Positions 59,545 through 64,000 of a stretch of 64,000 nt of DNA are shown piece by piece. The stretch lies in the NCBI RefSeq assembly GCF_009914755.1, contig NC_060947.1; one strand, 5' to 3'. How positions within the stretch are numbered: position 1 is the first letter of the stretch; each line of letters starts with the position of its first letter. The notes under the pieces are model-generated. The model was not told where the DNA came from. It saw only the letters and a list, made by a program, of their open reading frames with translations, and ran no database searches. Both the position numbers and the translations under genes were made by a program. The stretch is from the human T2T-CHM13v2.0 reference genome, Homo sapiens.

Positions 59545-62500
59545 AAAGTGGCAAATAGGAGACAGGACTAAACTACAGCTCCAACTTGGACAATCAGAAC
59601 AGAGTGTGGGGACTCACATCATGAACTTTTGCTCTAAGAACTACTGCAGGAATATACTAGTAAAGCCAAAAGAATCCACAGACCCTTTGATGGAAGTGGA
59701 TTGCTCCTGCAGGATGTGGAGACAGCCCAAATACTGTAATTGCCCAAACTGTGAAGGTGGGAAAAAGGGACCATCCATTCCCGAATACACATCCTTACTA
59801 AAGAACTTGAATGTCCAAATCATGGGAGAAGGATTTGACCTTACCTAAAGCTGAGACAATTTATAGAGCCGAGTGAAATATAGGGGTAGAGGAAAATCGG
59901 CAAAAGCCCTGTGGGATCTCTGGGTCCCCAAGGAAGTCATTTCTTACTTCTCTCACAGAAGTCCTTGGGGAAGGCTGCAAGAAAAACTGGAAAAAGACCA
60001 CAGGGAGAAGGAAACCTAGAGCTAGACATTGTAACAATTTCAACCAAACACGAAGTTTCCTGGCCAGAACTCGTGGGAAGGCATCAATCCAGTGTGCAGA
60101 CTCGACAGGCAGGGAGATGCTAAAGCACTGCTTGTTTTCTTAGCTGGGATGCTGGTAACCTGGAGTAAGTTCTCAGCCCTGCTGACCCACTGTCTGGTAA
60201 CAACTTGGTGCTGTTGCGGGGAGCAGAGTTAAAGTGAGACCAGCCTTTTGGGTTGCATGGGAGTTTGGTGAAGACTGTAACTGCTGGTTTTCTTCCACTT
60301 TCTTGACAACCTGCATGACACAGCAGATGCAGCCGTAATCCTCCTGAAAACATAACTCCATTGACCTGGGAAACACAAACCCATCCCCCACAACAGTGGC
60401 AGCAAGCCCCACCAAAGAGTCTGAGCACAGACATGCCTAACACTGACCCTATTTGATGGTCCTTCTCTACCCACCCTGATAGATAAAGAAAAAGGTAACT
60501 TCCTCTTGGAAGTTCTAGGGACCTACCCGCTGCCTGATCCTCCCCTATACTACCAAAGCTGATGCTCTCTTGAAAGTACCACCTGCTGGCAGTAAACCAA
60601 CCAGCACAAAACTACTGCACTAAACAACTACAAATAAGGACCCTCAGAGTCCATTTTACTCCCCTGCCACCTCGACCAAAACAAGTGCTGATATCCGTGG
60701 CTGAGAGATCTGAAGATGGTTCGCATCACAGAACTCTATGCAGACAGCCCCCAGTACCGGCCCAGAGCCTGGTAGCCCTGCTGGGTGGTTAGATCAAGAA
60801 GACAAATACCAATCACTACAATTTGGCTTTCGGGAAGCCACATTCTTAGAAAAAGAAAAAGAATACTACATCAAGGGAGCACCTCATTGGGCAAAAGAAT
60901 CTGAACAGCAGCTTTGAGCCCCAGATCTTGCCTCTGACATAGCCTACCCAAATGAGAAGGAAACAGAAAAACAGTTCTAGTTATATGACAAAACAAGGTT
61001 TTTTAACGCCCCCAAAATATCACACTAGCTCACCACCAATGGATACAAATCAAGAAGAAATCCCTGAATTGCCCGAAAAAGAAATCAGAAGGTTGATTAT
61101 TAAGTGAATCAAGAAGGCACTAGAAAAAGGTGAAGTCCAACATAAGGAAATAAAAAAAAAGATACAAGATATGAGAAGAGAAATCATCAGTGAAATGGGT
61201 AGCTTAAAAGACACACAAAGAAATGCAGAATGTATGGAATCTCTCAGCAATAGAATCGAAGAAGCAGAAGAAAAATCCTCAGAGCTTGAAGATGAGGTTT
61301 TTCAAATAATCCAATCCAACAAAGACAAAGAAAAAAAATAAAGGACACACGCAAAAAAATGCAGAATGCATGGAACGTCTCTGCAATAGAATTGAAGAAG
61401 AAGAAAGAACCTCAGAGCTAGAAAAGAAGGTTTTTCAAATAATTCAATCAGAAACAAAAAAAAATTAAAAATAAACAAAGCCTTCAAGAAATTTGGAATT
61501 ATATCAAACAACCAAATAATTGGCATCCCTGAGGAAGAAGAGTAATCCAAAAGCTTGGAAAACATATTTGGGGGAATAATTGAGAAAAGCTTTCTTAGTC
61601 TTGCTTGTATTTGGATCTAGACATCCAGACACAAGAAGCTCAAAGAACACCTGGGGAATTCATTGCAAAATATCATCACCTAAGAACATAGTAATCAGGT
61701 GATCTGAGGTCAAAATGAAGGAGAGAATATTAAAAGCTGTGAGGCAAAAGCACCAGGTAACCTATAAAGGAAAACCTATAAGATTAACAGCATATTTATC
61801 AGCAGAAACCCTACATGCTAGAAGGTATTAGGGCCCTATCTTCAGCCTCATTGTACAAAACAATTATCAGGCAAAAATTTTTTATCTAGCAAAACTAAGC
61901 TTCATAAATGACGGAAAGATACAGTCTATTTCAGACAAACAAATGCTGAGAGAACTTGGCACTACCAAGCCAGCACTACAAGAACTGCTAAATGGAGCTC
62001 TAAATCTTGAAACAAATACTGAAAATACATCAAAAAAGAACCCTTTAAAGCATGAATCTCACAGGATGTATAAAACATGAATACAATAAAAAATTTTAAA
62101 AGCAAGGTATTCAGGCAACAAATAGCATGATGAATGAAACAGTACCTCACATCTCAATACTAACGTTGAATGTAAATGGCCTAAATGCTCCATTTAAAAG
62201 ATACAGAATTGCAGAATTGACCAACCAAGTGTCTGCTGCCTTAAAGAGACTCACTTAACACATTAAGACTCACACAAACTTAAGGCAAAGGGGTGAAAAA
62301 AGACATTCTATACAAATGGACGCCAAAAATGAGCAGGAGTAGCTAATCCTATGTCAGACAAAAGAAACTTTAAAGCAACAGCAGTTAAAACAGAGACATT
62401 ATATAATGAAAAAAGGTCTTGTCCAATAGGAAAATATTGCAATCTTAATATATAAGCACCTGAGAGGGGAGCGCCCAAATTTATAAAACAATTACTACTA

Positions 62501-63105
62501 GATGTAAGAAATAAGGTAGACAGCAACACAATAATAGTGGGGGACTTCAATACTTCACTGACAGCACCAGAAAGGTCACCAGGCCAGAAAGTCAACAAAG
62601 AAAAAATGGATTTCAACTATACTCTAGAACAAATTGACTAAACAGATATTTACAGAACATTCCACCCCACAACTGCAAAATATACATTTTATTCACTGGT
62701 GCATGCCTTTGTCTTTGGCTACAAGTGCAGGTAGAGAAAGACCATCAGGTGGGGGCAGGGTTAGGTATGTCTAAACTCAAACTCTCTTGAGACAGGGCTT
62801 GCTGCCACTGCTGTATAGGATGGGGTGTGGTTTTAAGTGGTTTTAAGGCCATTAGAGTTATGTTCCCAGGAGGATTATGGCTGCCTCTGCCGCATCACAC
62901 AGGTCACCAGGAAAGTGGAGGAAAGCTATTTGATCCAGCAATCCCACTACTGGGTATCTACTCAGAGGAACGAATGTCATTATACAAAAAAAAAATATTG
63001 CACATATATGTTTATAGTGGCATAATTCACAATTGGAAAAATAGGGAACCAGTACAAATGCCCATCAATCAACAAATGGATAAAGAAAATGTTAGATATA
63101 TATAT
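59545..63105 (+). mobile_element. L1PB (L1PBa-type 5'UTR): 5'UTR, ORF1, ORF2 start, an inverted filler, then late ORF2
   Basis: 5' end ggcaaataggagacaggactaa; ORF1 start atgagaaggaaacagaaaaac at 60952; ORF2 atagtgggggacttcaatac; [11 protein letters not shown] at ~62929. Confidence 0.85.
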
Positions 63106-63149
63106 GTTATATACTATATATAATATGTATTATTATATATATAGTAAAA

Positions 63150-64000
63150 TTAGTAAAAAAAAAAGATCAAAGCAGAAATAAATGAAACTAAAATGAAAAT
63201 AAACAATATCAAAAATCAATCAAGAAAAACTTGTTTTTTTTGAAAGTTAAACAAAATTGACAAAACTTTAGCCAGACAACTAAAAAAGAAAGAAAGAAAA
63301 TAAAATCAGAAATGAAAAGGCAGACATCACAACTGCTACTGCAAAAATTCGAAGGCTCATTAGTGGCTACTATGAGTAACTATATGCCAGTCAATTAGAA
63401 AATCTAGAAGTGAAACATTCCTAGATGCATACAACCTACTAAGATTGACCCAGGAAGAAATAAAAAACCTAAACAGATAAATAAATAACAAGGTAAAAGG
63501 CTGTAATAAAAAAAGTCTACCACTAAAGAAAAGCTCAGGGACTCATGGCTTTACTGCTGAATTCCACCAGACATTTAAAGAAAAATTAATACCAATCCTA
63601 CTTAAAGTATTTCAAAAATTAGAGGAGGAGGGAATACTGCCAATCTCATTCTACAAGACCAGTATTATTCTGACAACAAAACCATCAAAGACATATCAAA
63701 AAAAGAAACCTATAGGCCAATATATCTGATGAACATTGATGCAAACATCTTCAGCAAAATACGAGCAAACTGACTTCAACATTTTGAAATGAATAGTTCA
63801 AGATTTGCAAATTTATCACTGTGATACAGTGTATCAACAGAATGATGAAAACTATATGATCATTTCAATTCGTGCTGAAAAGGTGCTTGATAAAATTCAA
63901 CATAATTTCATGAAAAAAAACCCTAAGAAAACTGGGGGTAGAAGAAACATACATCAATATAATAGAAGCCCTATACGACAGACCCACAGCTAGTATCATA
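63150..64000 (+). mobile_element. L1MA-like ORF2 fragment running off the right edge
   Basis: Degenerate ORF2: atggctttactgctgaattc, ctgatgaacattgatgcaaa, YMIISIRAEKVLDKIQH. Confidence 0.8.

Overview
This is primate, almost certainly human, X-chromosome-type DNA: AT-rich, CpG-poor and dense in LINE-1. It holds one protein-coding gene, CYLC1 (cylicin-1, a sperm calyx protein), on the + strand. Five coding exons were rebuilt by hand from GT/AG boundaries: 20752-20768, 29429-29469, 31016-31134, 32449-34194 and 47473-47505. They total 1956 nt and encode 651 aa (MSLPRLLKVNIRTYDNSIPISESSRK...RYAPLPEAPWIHKLL*). The rest is mostly transposable-element debris: a young L1PA2/3 whose visible ORF2 has a single nonsense change, many old nested or rearranged L1s, Alus, L2/MIR, MaLR (MST, THE1, a complete MLT1), ERVL/LTR16, MER31 and MER5, plus a ~2 kb almost pure A/T array. 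I found no convincing novel multi-gene system. The observations most worth following up are: a CpG-retaining ~750 bp retrocopied 3'UTR inside an L1 (53217-53970); a candidate 26-nt cassette microexon and an intronic polyA site that would change the cylicin-1 C-terminus; an overlapping uORF and a CRE-like site at the CYLC1 start; and several L1 rearrangement scars filled with locally templated sequence. Repeat subfamily names come from my memory of consensus sequences, and old-repeat boundaries are approximate (tens of bp).
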